From a virus (Duplodnaviria; Caudoviricetes): a DNA stretch of 64,000 nt. Positions 1 through 8,627 of the stretch are shown here, piece after piece (position 1 is the first letter of the stretch; each line of letters opens with the position of its first letter). A model generated the notes under the pieces. The model worked only from the letters and a program-made list of their open reading frames with translations, had not been told where the DNA came from and made no database searches. The stretch spans positions 1,903 to 65,902 of the IMG/VR virus record IMGVR_UViG_3300042755_000021; one strand, given 5' to 3'. Position numbers and translations under genes: made by a program.

Positions 1-426
1 ACCGGGATAGTCATAATCGATCTCGGTGATCAGCAACTCGTCAGCATAATGTATAGCTTGGTTATATACTGACTCGCCACCTATTACGTAGCAGGTGTCT
101 AGGTCTTTTATAACCGCATGTGCCTTAGCTTTACGAATACCTTCCCTTAAGCTACCTACTGCCGTTAGGTTATCAGGTACTCTATCGTAGTACGCATCCA
201 TGAACTCCTTAGGTTTAGACGTAATAACAATGTTAGTGCGTTTAGGTAACGGGATAGATCCTAAGGAGATGAACGTACCGCTACCCATTAACACCACACC
301 GTTAATCGTAGTGCGTCTAAAGTGCGCCATGTCTGCCGGTAGCTCATACGGCAGACCGCCCTTATAGGCGATCACACGGGTATGCTTAGACATAGCTGCT
401 ATGATTACTACTTTGATTTTATCCAT
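1..426 (-). CDS. folA: Dihydrofolate reductase (C-terminus runs off the window; absent from ORF track)
   Basis: Manual translation from ATG 426: MDKIKVVIIAAMSKHTRVIAYKGGLPYELPADMAHFRRTT..VLMG..PLPKRTNIVIT..YVIGGESVY; DHFR motifs; thyA nearby. Confidence 0.93.
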   Translation of the reverse strand, partial: MDKIKVVIIAAMSKHTRVIAYKGGLPYELPADMAHFRRTTINGVVLMGSGTFISLGSIPLPKRTNIVITSKPKEFMDAYYDRVPDNLTAVGSLREGIRKAKAHAVIKDLDTCYVIGGESVYNQAIHYADELLITEIDYDYPG

Positions 427-428
427 GA

Positions 429-878
429 TCACCAACTCTGGCTAGGTGGTAGTTTAGTATCATACGGGCGCGCATTAAGCCATTTAGCAACTTCTTCTAA
501 ACTGTCTAATACGGTAGCACCGTTCCTTAGTACTAGGTCTTTAACGGCCTCCAACGACATTAGCAGTGAAGCATCGTATTCCACGCTAGCGTGAGCGACT
601 ACGCAGATTATGGTTTGTGTGGGGCGTTTATTAGAATCGTCTACAGCTTCGGCGATGCTATACACACCACTAATCAACGGTGTGATTACGTATAGGATGT
701 AATCGCAGCTATTGCGTTGTTTAAGCTCTTCGAGTTTGCTCGCATCCGTCCAGTCGGCTACGACCGGGTTAAAGTAGTTAATGTCTAGTAACGGGATCAA
801 GTGGGTACGCCAGTCTTCTGAAATACAGGTACCGCCTAAAAACACGGTAGGTCTGCTAGGTAGCATAATTATCTCCAT
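429..878 (-). CDS. Nucleoside 2-deoxyribosyltransferase-like (NDT/TIR-like Rossmann fold) protein
   Basis: VFLGGTC..WR..LIPLL.I.YFNPVV.DW...EE..QR..CDY.LYVITP...GVYSIAEAVDDSNKRP pattern of the Nuc_deoxyri_tr2-like family. Confidence 0.8.
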   Translation of the reverse strand: MEIIMLPSRPTVFLGGTCISEDWRTHLIPLLDINYFNPVVADWTDASKLEELKQRNSCDYILYVITPLISGVYSIAEAVDDSNKRPTQTIICVVAHASVEYDASLLMSLEAVKDLVLRNGATVLDSLEEVAKWLNARPYDTKLPPSQSW

Positions 879-883
879 GGTAG

Positions 884-967
884 TGGTGTGTAGTTTAGGA
901 TGCTATCGATAAACTCACTAGGGGTTGGTGTGTAGTTTAGGGATGCTATCGATAAACTCACTAGGGG
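884..967. repeat. Tandem 41/42-bp direct repeat at the AAA-ATPase/NDT junction
   Basis: TGGTGTGTAGTTTAGG(G)ATGCTATCGATAAACTCACTAGGGG at 884-924 and 926-967, differing by one G. Confidence 0.95.
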
Positions 968-2246
968 TATTACGGTGTTGGCGATATAGATCTGCTAAAT
1001 CACAACCCATGATAGGATTAAACTCTAGACCTGGCTCTAGTATTAACTCAGGTACGTTTAGTTGTATATACTGCGTAACTTCGGTATGTTCTAGGGCTCC
1101 AATATAGAACGATTCATCTACCCGACCTTTACGTAATACGGCTGGGTCAATGTTGGTAACGTCGTTGGTGGTCATGAATATAATCGTGTCGTGTAAAGGA
1201 CATACGCCGTCGATTGTGTTTAAGAATCCCGATAGGGTTAGCGTGCTAAAATCGATATTAACTGTTTCATTAATAGCTACGTTACCGACTGCTTCGGGCG
1301 ATTCGCCTATGGGTTTTAATACGTCATCCTCGGGTTCCGGTTTAGGTACTAGCTTAGGTCGTAAGCCGTTACGTGTTTTAAGTGCATTACTAGAATCGAA
1401 GTCTTCTATCAGTACAAATGATCCGCTATCGATAGTGCCGACGGCTTTGTCAAAACTTGTATCGGACATACTACCAATATTAATACGGTAGATATCGTTC
1501 TGATATTGACTAGCTAATGCTCGTACTAAAGTGGTCTTACCGCTGCCGGGCGGACCGTGTAATAATATCACTAGTTTATAGGGAATACCGCGGTCTTTAT
1601 ACCATTGCTCGCCTTCTTTAAAATCGTCAATCGCTTTTAGCAAGGCGATTTTTAGATTAGCATTAATAACTACCGTGTGTAACGAACGTGGTCTAACGAT
1701 TACGGGGTCATCCCATGACTTAGATCCCCAGGTATATGCGTAATGTTTATCCTTAGCTGGCTTGTAGGTAAACTCACCCATCATCTGTTTAACAATATCC
1801 ACATTACGGGTAAGGCCGTGTACACTAATCTCTTCCTTCATTTTATCGGTAGCGCCAGATTCCTCCTTAACCCGTTTAAACCAGAACAGTCTACGGCGGT
1901 ATATAAAGAACTGGATGCCGTAACCAGCGCCAAATACATTGACATAGCCACCTGTACGCCACTGGCGTTCTAGTGAATAGCTACGAGCTACGGTAGCAAA
2001 TCCTTGTTCTAAATACCATGCTAGGAAACACTGGTAGTTAAGTTCATTACCCCCATATCCAGCGTTGTTAAACGTAAGCGTAGTGGTTAGCTGTCGTTCG
2101 GTGTAGTCGTAAATAGCTTTAGGGATGTTCCGTAAAAAATAGGTTACCACACCCATAATCCACATCATCAACACCCCACCAAACACAGGCGCGTGTTTGG
2201 TGAACTCAACCATTGTTTCATATAACTGTTGTAGTTGATTTAACAC
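918..2246 (-). CDS. BCS1-like membrane-anchored AAA+ ATPase
   Basis: N-terminal TM helix, BCS1_N-like region, Walker A GPPGSGKT, Walker B VLIED, LSGFLNTIDG, SRH MTTN..DPAVLRKGRVD. Confidence 0.88.
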   Translation of the reverse strand: MLNQLQQLYETMVEFTKHAPVFGGVLMMWIMGVVTYFLRNIPKAIYDYTERQLTTTLTFNNAGYGGNELNYQCFLAWYLEQGFATVARSYSLERQWRTGGYVNVFGAGYGIQFFIYRRRLFWFKRVKEESGATDKMKEEISVHGLTRNVDIVKQMMGEFTYKPAKDKHYAYTWGSKSWDDPVIVRPRSLHTVVINANLKIALLKAIDDFKEGEQWYKDRGIPYKLVILLHGPPGSGKTTLVRALASQYQNDIYRINIGSMSDTSFDKAVGTIDSGSFVLIEDFDSSNALKTRNGLRPKLVPKPEPEDDVLKPIGESPEAVGNVAINETVNIDFSTLTLSGFLNTIDGVCPLHDTIIFMTTNDVTNIDPAVLRKGRVDESFYIGALEHTEVTQYIQLNVPELILEPGLEFNPIMGCDLADLYRQHRNTPSEFIDSIPKLHTNP

Positions 2247-2255
2247 ACAGCCTCC

Positions 2256-2711
2256 TTAGGGGTTAGTGAACAGCAACGTACCGATCGCCAGCCGTGATTC
2301 GGGGTAACCGCTCCAGTTAGTCTCTGGCACCGGTAGTCGATCGACTAGATAGCCGGATTTATCAGAGTATTTGTAGCCGCTGATGACAGCTACGGGTTGT
2401 GGTTCGCTAGGTACGTCTAGATCAGACGTTCCGGCGGACGGATCTTTGTTAATGAACTCACTACAGCCAAACCCTGGTCGGGTTAATAGATTGGCATGTA
2501 AGAACTCTTCTGTGGCTATAAAACTACCCACGTTACTTACATTGGCTGACAACGATTTGCCGGCGCCATCTGGTAAATCTATTATCGATTCGCCTAGCAA
2601 AGACATGTCAGTACATATCCCTAATCCTAACGAATAACCTAGGGTGGTACTACCCGTTACTACGTCCATATGGCGTTGCCATCGTTTACACTGACCACAG
2701 GTCGGTTTCAT
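2256..2711 (-). CDS. Cys-rich hypothetical protein (putative metal-binding)
   Basis: CGQCKRW..GLGIC..FGCSEF; co-oriented in operon. Confidence 0.6.
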   Translation of the reverse strand: MKPTCGQCKRWQRHMDVVTGSTTLGYSLGLGICTDMSLLGESIIDLPDGAGKSLSANVSNVGSFIATEEFLHANLLTRPGFGCSEFINKDPSAGTSDLDVPSEPQPVAVISGYKYSDKSGYLVDRLPVPETNWSGYPESRLAIGTLLFTNP

Positions 2712-2725
2712 TATAGTACTCCGGT

Positions 2726-3880
2726 TTAGATAGCTACGTCTGCTTTAATATACGGATGTGTGTTATAGTTAGTTAACGCGCCCACTAACTCAGTAACCGT
2801 GTGGTTAGCAATGTTGATGTTAACCGGTAGATTTAAGGTAGGCAGATCATACGGGAGGCGGGTTAGCATCTCTTTAACTTGATCTAAATGGTTAGTGTAG
2901 ATATGCACGTCCCCGAACGCAATAATAAGATCACCAACCTCAAACCCACACTCATTCGCTAACAAGTGGATCAGTGTTGCGTAGCTGGCTATATTAAACG
3001 GCACGCCTAGAAACATATCAGCGGAGCGTTGATAGAGTTGTAAGCTTAAAGCATTGCGTTTAATACCTAGCTTATCCAATAACTCATGCTGGATTACAGG
3101 ATCACTACCGGCAGTGTCAGTCATCTGTAAACCCGCATACTCACGCCGTTTATTAAAAATATCCATACGTTCTTGGATCGTCAACTCCTCTACATAACAC
3201 TGCCATAACGTGTGGCATGGCGCTAAAGCCATGCGACCGAGAAGTACGTTCTGTTCTGGCGTCTCGGTTTCATCCGGTAAATCAATAGGATTCCAGGCCG
3301 ATACAATATGTCGTCTAGACATTGGGTTGTTCTTTAGACGCCGCACTAAATCCTTTAGTTGATCTATATGAATATTACGGTTAAGATCTATTGTCCACGT
3401 GCGCCACTGATGGCCGTAGATAGGGCCTAATGCTCCTTTAGGTTGTATCAGCTTTGGCACAGTCTTAGGGATATGTGCGCTATTTAAATACGCTATACCT
3501 GCCTTAATATCGCCTTTAGTGCGTAGCACTTTACGAGCCTGGTCTTTAGACATATTTAACTTAGTGGCTAATAGTTCGCATCGTTCATAAAACGATAGTT
3601 CACGCTCTTCGTAGAAGTCTTTAGATAGCGCCCATTCGTCCCAGATCTTAGCACCTAACTCATGGAGCCGTTCATTATCTGTACTACCTTCTAAGAACCA
3701 GACTAATTCAGCAGCTACTGCTTTGTAATTAGTTTGCTTTAAAGTAAGTAATGGAAAACCGTCACGAAGATTAAAACGGACCTGCTCACCGAATAGTGAG
3801 ATAGTGCCTGTACCTGTGCGATCGCCTCGGCGTTTACCGTTGGCTAAAATACGATTAATTAATTCAACATAAGGTGTCAT
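2726..3880 (-). CDS. thyA: Thymidylate synthase with two insertions
   Basis: DRTGTGT, ELVWFLEG, GPIYGHQWR, catalytic PCH, YQRSADMFLGVPFNIASY, DVHIY. Confidence 0.97.
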   Translation of the reverse strand: MTPYVELINRILANGKRRGDRTGTGTISLFGEQVRFNLRDGFPLLTLKQTNYKAVAAELVWFLEGSTDNERLHELGAKIWDEWALSKDFYEERELSFYERCELLATKLNMSKDQARKVLRTKGDIKAGIAYLNSAHIPKTVPKLIQPKGALGPIYGHQWRTWTIDLNRNIHIDQLKDLVRRLKNNPMSRRHIVSAWNPIDLPDETETPEQNVLLGRMALAPCHTLWQCYVEELTIQERMDIFNKRREYAGLQMTDTAGSDPVIQHELLDKLGIKRNALSLQLYQRSADMFLGVPFNIASYATLIHLLANECGFEVGDLIIAFGDVHIYTNHLDQVKEMLTRLPYDLPTLNLPVNINIANHTVTELVGALTNYNTHPYIKADVAI

Positions 3881-3881
3881 G

Positions 3882-4175
3882 TTATACTCCGTCGGGTGGT
3901 AGTTTGGTTAGGAGGCAGCTGCCTGATATTTCACGGCGCTGGCCGGTACTATCATCAAACACATAGCGGTCATCAAATCGGATGATGCCGCCGAAGGCGA
4001 CGCCATCGTAGGTATTAAGTGCACCGGAATAACATTTAATGCTAGTACGGGCATTGGGTTCTTCAGGCTCTTTACGTACACACCCTATGAACGTAAAAGA
4101 TACTATTAATAGTATTATTAATAGACGGATATTCACGGTGATACTCCAGTGGTTGGTAGTGTTGTGAAAATACAA
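3882..4175 (-). CDS. Small membrane/lipoprotein-like protein (paralog of 4133-4417)
   Basis: Hydrophobic N-terminus ending FIGC; KCYSG..YDGVAFG..G.C. Confidence 0.65.
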   Translation of the reverse strand: MYFHNTTNHWSITVNIRLLIILLIVSFTFIGCVRKEPEEPNARTSIKCYSGALNTYDGVAFGGIIRFDDRYVFDDSTGQRREISGSCLLTKLPPDGV

Positions 4176-4417
4176 GGTCCTTGTATACGCATATCAGTAT
4201 TAGTAGCACGGTCGTGTACGATGGTATAGCTAGCGTAGAACGTGATAGCGCCGATGGCTACGCCTTCGTAAATAACAGTACCGCCAGACCAGCATTTCAC
4301 TTGGGTGAATTCGGGCGGTGGTGACTTGGCGACTGGTTGGGTATGTGGGGCATGGCGGATATAAATACCGGCTACACTACAGATAATTATGACGAACGCT
4401 AAAAAACGGATAGACAT
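4133..4417 (-). CDS. Small membrane-anchored protein (paralog of 3882-4175)
   Basis: N-terminal TM; KCWSG..YEGVAIG..GPC. Confidence 0.65.
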   Translation of the reverse strand: MSIRFLAFVIIICSVAGIYIRHAPHTQPVAKSPPPEFTQVKCWSGGTVIYEGVAIGAITFYASYTIVHDRATNTDMRIQGPCIFTTLPTTGVSP

Positions 4418-4521
4418 GTTATTATTCCAGTGGTTGGTGGTTTAGTGGGTATACAGTACTCGCGATAATATTCCAAGGCGCACATATAGCACCTAGTATA
4501 GTTAAAATAAATAGACGGTAA

Positions 4522-4555
4522 TACTAGAGGCTACCAATTAGGGTAGCCTCTAGTA
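4522..4555 (-). terminator. Hairpin terminator
   Basis: TACTAGAGGCTACC / GGTAGCCTCTAGTA stem followed on minus strand by TTACCGTCTATTTATTTTAAC. Confidence 0.75.
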
Positions 4556-4559
4556 TAGG

Positions 4560-4694
4560 TTACGCGGTAGTGGCCACTTTAGTGGCGTATAATAACAAAC
4601 CGATTAAGTTTAGGCGTTCTAGCGGGTAGTTAGGATTTGCGCGCCTATCGGCTGTAACTAAGGCAAAACACTCATCACGAAGTGACCTGGTCAT
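4560..4694 (-). CDS. 44-aa hypothetical protein (below ORF-track cutoff)
   Basis: MTRSLRDECFALVTADRRANPNYPLERLNLIGLLLYATKVATTA; preceded by AGGAAG, ends just before terminator. Confidence 0.5.
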   Translation of the reverse strand: MTRSLRDECFALVTADRRANPNYPLERLNLIGLLLYATKVATTA

Positions 4695-4706
4695 AACTGT
4701 GCTTCC

Positions 4707-5156
4707 TTAGTAATCGATTTTAGCAGGGATCTGCTGAATTACATCGACTAAGGTATAGTTCATAATTAGCAACTGGGCATCGTAGTAGCCATATAGCTTT
4801 TCATTCGGCCGCACCATCACGCCAATATATAACTTGTCGTCACGGCGGTTATGGTATTCATCAAACTTCGCTGTATCGCAAATATCCTGTTCGCATGAAT
4901 CGAATACCTTTATAGCCACGTCTAGGGCTATAGGAAATCGTTCGTCGGGGTAATGTTCTTTTACCCACTCAGTAATAGCTGCAACATACTCTTCGCGATC
5001 TACGGCAACTAGATCTAATAAATCACAACGCTGATCAAGGGCTAAGATACTGGCTTTCTCTTCGTACCGCTGCATTTTGTGCTGGCGTTGTTTATAAACC
5101 GGGTCGACCAAGTGGGCGACTAACTCTAACAGATTAAACGTTTTAAACAGTAACAT
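4707..5156 (-). CDS. Hypothetical protein
   Basis: Tightly packed co-oriented ORF. Confidence 0.65.
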   Translation of the reverse strand: MLLFKTFNLLELVAHLVDPVYKQRQHKMQRYEEKASILALDQRCDLLDLVAVDREEYVAAITEWVKEHYPDERFPIALDVAIKVFDSCEQDICDTAKFDEYHNRRDDKLYIGVMVRPNEKLYGYYDAQLLIMNYTLVDVIQQIPAKIDY

Positions 5157-5158
5157 GG

Positions 5159-5500
5159 TTATAGCCTCGGTGCTGGTTTATCGATAATAGTACAACGTGT
5201 ACGACCTTCTATTACGCACCAACCTAGTGGTACGCGTGTCGTTAGATCGTCATTTATTTCTACGCAGAGCGTGCTCATGAAGTTTTTAGTAATGGACGTA
5301 TAGACTAACTCCGTTATAGTGCAATGTGTGTCATTAGCAATAAGTAGGGTAATATTAACACGCCACCATCTCGGCTTAACCATCATCTTGCGGCAGTTGT
5401 TATGATACTGTACAGGGGTCTGTACAGTATCTAGATTATCGTTGACGGTATGGAACGTAAAAGTAGCGTGGTCTTCTAAAGCAGGATTACGTTGCGCCAT
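5159..5500 (-). CDS. Hypothetical protein
   Basis: Co-oriented ORF with GGA RBS. Confidence 0.6.
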   Translation of the reverse strand: MAQRNPALEDHATFTFHTVNDNLDTVQTPVQYHNNCRKMMVKPRWWRVNITLLIANDTHCTITELVYTSITKNFMSTLCVEINDDLTTRVPLGWCVIEGRTRCTIIDKPAPRL

Positions 5501-5509
5501 GGGTTTATC

Positions 5510-5836
5510 CTAATGGTAGTAGTGTGGTCTACGGCACCCCGACCGTAGCCAGAGTCGCCGTTGTAAATGTTTAGTGCTTCGTACGAGGCCGTTAGTAATT
5601 AGTTTATAGCCAGAGCGCTTACCGCGCACGCCTAGCCCATCGTCCAACGTATAAGTGGCGCGCTGCTGCTCCAGTCTACGCAACAGCCTATAGGCGCGCT
5701 GATAGTTATCTACAGCTATATACGTAGTCCACGGTTCATATGCGCGATTCCTAAACGCGTAGAATGGAGCCCGTGGGTACGGGTCTCCGTGTATGAATAT
5801 ATAGTCGTCACACTCGACTATATGGCGTTTACGCAC
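5510..5836 (-). CDS. Basic Arg-rich hypothetical protein
   Basis: Co-oriented, overlaps upstream stop. Confidence 0.55.
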   Translation of the reverse strand: MRKRHIVECDDYIFIHGDPYPRAPFYAFRNRAYEPWTTYIAVDNYQRAYRLLRRLEQQRATYTLDDGLGVRGKRSGYKLITNGLVRSTKHLQRRLWLRSGCRRPHYYH

Positions 5837-7163
5837 CAGGGATCCGAATATATACTACAACATCTACACTGGTAGAGTTACCAGGGTTTTTATTGATTAC
5901 AGCAATATAAATACGTCGACCACGGACGATTTGGCCAATAGTAGGGGTAGTATCAATAGTAGGTTGTAGGTATGCTTTATGCAGCCACTCTTCTATATAT
6001 CTGCCTGCTGCGGTATCGAAATCTGGTAAGCGTGAGAACGATTCGAAACCAGACTGTGGTAATGCCATACAGCTAACTGCCTTAATGGAACTATCAGTAC
6101 CGCCTACTGTCTTAATCGTATACACCGCGTCAGGCTTATTAATTACATTACACGCCATACTAACCGACGGGTCGTTAAATAAACGGTAGAGTCTGGATAC
6201 TTCGTCAGCGTCCGGATGTACTGCGGGTGTAGAAACAAGCTCCGGTGGTGCCGACGGCAGTGTGGTGTGTAATGTAACAGGTGTAGCATTACGTAAATAA
6301 ATGCTGGCTTCGACGCCATCTTTAATAATGGAGCTAGGTTCGCACACTATGATACAACTGTAGTTATCGCGGGTTAGCTTAGCGTATATTTTAGGCGAAT
6401 GCATAGGCTTAGCTAACGCTAGTTGGAGCTGTTCGTATAAAAACACTTTAGACGCTGCATTAAAGAACGGCATATTAAGGAAATGCTGGAACTCCTCCGC
6501 TGATAATGATTTACAGGTAATAGCGGTCAACGACTCACGTTCTAAAGTTCTAACACCTACCATCGTAGTCCCAGACCCTACGATAGCTGTAAAATCTTCC
6601 GTGTATTTAACTGCCTGTTGTTTAAATAACCGCTGTAATGCATCTGCTTCATCCTCGACAGACTCACTCACACTAACGGTACCTACCGGGTCTGGCTGCA
6701 CTATATGTAGCGCGGCACCTAAGATATTAGCTGCTTCATCCGTATCCATCGATGCGGCTTTGGTATCTAGTTCATCGGCGTAGTTCATATTGTCGATAAG
6801 CTCTACGGCTGCATCACCCCACCCACGAACGATTTCCAGATATAGCCGAGTAGACTCTAGACGTACGACACGCACGTATTCAAAAGACGGAGTATCTGCA
6901 CGTGATAAATAATATTTATCGATTAATAATCCGGGTTCTGGTTGTGACTCAATATCGCGTACGAGGCAGCTTACCTCTACGCACTGTAACGAATCACCAA
7001 GGATGTTGTTAATAATGGTGAGTACGTGATGTTCATCTAAGTCGTAGAACGCATACCCTTTGACGTAGTCAGTAGGATCGGTTGGTACGGCAATGGATGT
7101 AGGACGTGTTTCAGTAACCGGGTCTGCATCTAAATTAGACCAGCTAGTAAATGGTTTGTACAT
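5829..7163 (-). CDS. Hypothetical protein with internally duplicated ~130-aa domain
   Basis: DEADALQRLF..AITCKSL..EFQHF..PFF and DEVSRLYRLF..AVSCMAL..GFESF..PDF. Confidence 0.75.
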   Translation of the reverse strand: MYKPFTSWSNLDADPVTETRPTSIAVPTDPTDYVKGYAFYDLDEHHVLTIINNILGDSLQCVEVSCLVRDIESQPEPGLLIDKYYLSRADTPSFEYVRVVRLESTRLYLEIVRGWGDAAVELIDNMNYADELDTKAASMDTDEAANILGAALHIVQPDPVGTVSVSESVEDEADALQRLFKQQAVKYTEDFTAIVGSGTTMVGVRTLERESLTAITCKSLSAEEFQHFLNMPFFNAASKVFLYEQLQLALAKPMHSPKIYAKLTRDNYSCIIVCEPSSIIKDGVEASIYLRNATPVTLHTTLPSAPPELVSTPAVHPDADEVSRLYRLFNDPSVSMACNVINKPDAVYTIKTVGGTDSSIKAVSCMALPQSGFESFSRLPDFDTAAGRYIEEWLHKAYLQPTIDTTPTIGQIVRGRRIYIAVINKNPGNSTSVDVVVYIRIPGA

Positions 7164-7177
7164 GGTATTAATCCTAG

Positions 7178-7618
7178 TTAACGGTGGTAGAACGCTGTGA
7201 AACCAATACAGTTATCTAACATGCGTACATCATCTACGAATGCGAGTGTGCCGTATTGGGTGTGTGTGATAATGTCAATATATCGACTATAGTGTACCCA
7301 CACTAAAGTTAGGTTCCTGTGTAGGAACGCATCTAAATCCGTAGGGGTTTGCTTTACGCCATATTCCTCTACGTAATGGCCAGGGTCATAATCATCGCCG
7401 TGTATATGAGCCATACCCGCTGCATATAACGCATCGTATACGGCTAGCTCATCTAGTTGTCCCGCTTCAGATATAGCGGCTAGTAAACACTCGGTCATGC
7501 TTAACCCGTACCGGGCTAGATCATCAACGCACTGGTCTTCTGTATAATAGTAAGGCTCCATTAAAGGTAATATAAATGAGTGCTGATGATAATCAGCCCT
7601 CGGTGTTAGTAGCTGCAT
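7178..7618 (-). CDS. Acidic hypothetical protein
   Basis: Co-oriented ORF, D/E-rich. Confidence 0.65.
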   Translation of the reverse strand: MQLLTPRADYHQHSFILPLMEPYYYTEDQCVDDLARYGLSMTECLLAAISEAGQLDELAVYDALYAAGMAHIHGDDYDPGHYVEEYGVKQTPTDLDAFLHRNLTLVWVHYSRYIDIITHTQYGTLAFVDDVRMLDNCIGFTAFYHR

Positions 7619-8045
7619 ATAACGAGCTCCTATAAACTACATCCATCTGATAGCTATCGCTATCATGTATTTTAAAATTCTCTATTACCATAACCTCGCC
7701 ATGGCTACGGATAGCATCTATAGTAGTCTGTAAAGCACGGCGTACACTAACAGCTACGTCACCTACTTGTATTTCTAACAATGCAACTTCAGCCATATAC
7801 GCTTGTTGATTGGCTGTGGTTAAAGAAGTAGTAACATCTAAACCGTCTTGTGTATCGAACTGTTCTAATACATCGACTAGTAAGCTATCGGCTAATGCAT
7901 TAGGCCCGTAGTCTAAATCAAAAGCATGGTGTAATGCTGACTCAACTACTGCGGCTTCCTCTAAACCCCTTACCTCGTTAATAGCCCGTGTACAGTGCTC
8001 ATCGAAATATAGGGCATTAGGCCGGGCTATAATGAATGATATCAT
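7593..8045 (-). CDS. Acidic hypothetical protein
   Basis: GGAG RBS, co-oriented. Confidence 0.65.
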   Translation of the reverse strand: MISFIIARPNALYFDEHCTRAINEVRGLEEAAVVESALHHAFDLDYGPNALADSLLVDVLEQFDTQDGLDVTTSLTTANQQAYMAEVALLEIQVGDVAVSVRRALQTTIDAIRSHGEVMVIENFKIHDSDSYQMDVVYRSSLYAATNTEG

Positions 8046-8120
8046 CTATATACTCCAAAATTTACGCATATAGCCCCACCACGAAAGAACAAGGGTAATC
8101 CTCATTCTTCCGTATCGTGA

Positions 8121-8486
8121 TTAAACCGTGTACGTACCTTCCACACCACGAGCGGTACGGTTTTTAGTACGTGCTTCAAAACTTTGTAACGCTGACTGAG
8201 CGAAACCAATAGCCATTTCGTTTTCTTCGCACGGGAACATGCGATTAACGTGCTCAGTACGGTGGATGACGATGGCCAGCAATGCTTCACTAGTTACGCC
8301 ATTCACGCCGTTTAGTTTCACAGAACCATTCTGAAAATTAATATCAGTTTTGGTCTCACCGTGTTGGACTACGTACTGATGTCCGTACACACCAGCCGGG
8401 GAAGCGGGTTCATCTGGATTGCCTAGGGCTAATACGGATACTGCATTGGCGTCACCGTAAATCGTACGGCCGTTGAACTGGGTCAT
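8121..8486 (-). CDS. tad1: Tad1-like immune-signal sponge (anti-Thoeris/anti-CBASS)
   Basis: G..GH.Y..I.FQNG....GVNGVTSEALLAIV.HR......FPCEEN..A......AL.....RT..R..RGVEGT matches my recollection of the Tad1 family pattern. Confidence 0.8.
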   Translation of the reverse strand: MTQFNGRTIYGDANAVSVLALGNPDEPASPAGVYGHQYVVQHGETKTDINFQNGSVKLNGVNGVTSEALLAIVIHRTEHVNRMFPCEENEMAIGFAQSALQSFEARTKNRTARGVEGTYTV

Positions 8487-8489
8487 GTG

Positions 8490-8627
8490 ACTCTCCGAAC
8501 TCTAAAAGATTGATTAGGATGAGGTGGGAATCGGTTGGGGCGCAGTGCGGTGAACGGTAAAGGCGTTCCGTGTCACTAACCCCAAACCGACTGGCCGCAG
8601 CCACTGGTGAATCACCAGCCCAGTTCG
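8490..8627 (-). ncRNA. Structured GC-rich RNA element upstream of tad1
   Basis: Long stem 8531-8540/8580-8590 with nested helices, plus hairpins at 8592-8603 and 8604-8618. Confidence 0.5.

Noticed and set aside
918-2270. Two adjacent proteins both ending in TNP*
   Set aside because: The first arises from the tandem duplication; a three-residue match is too short to mean a shared signal
2726-3880. thyA as a base-modifying dCMP/dUMP hydroxymethylase
   Set aside because: Retains the dUMP-specific Asn and canonical TS motifs, DHFR is adjacent, and no glycosyl- or amino-transferases are nearby
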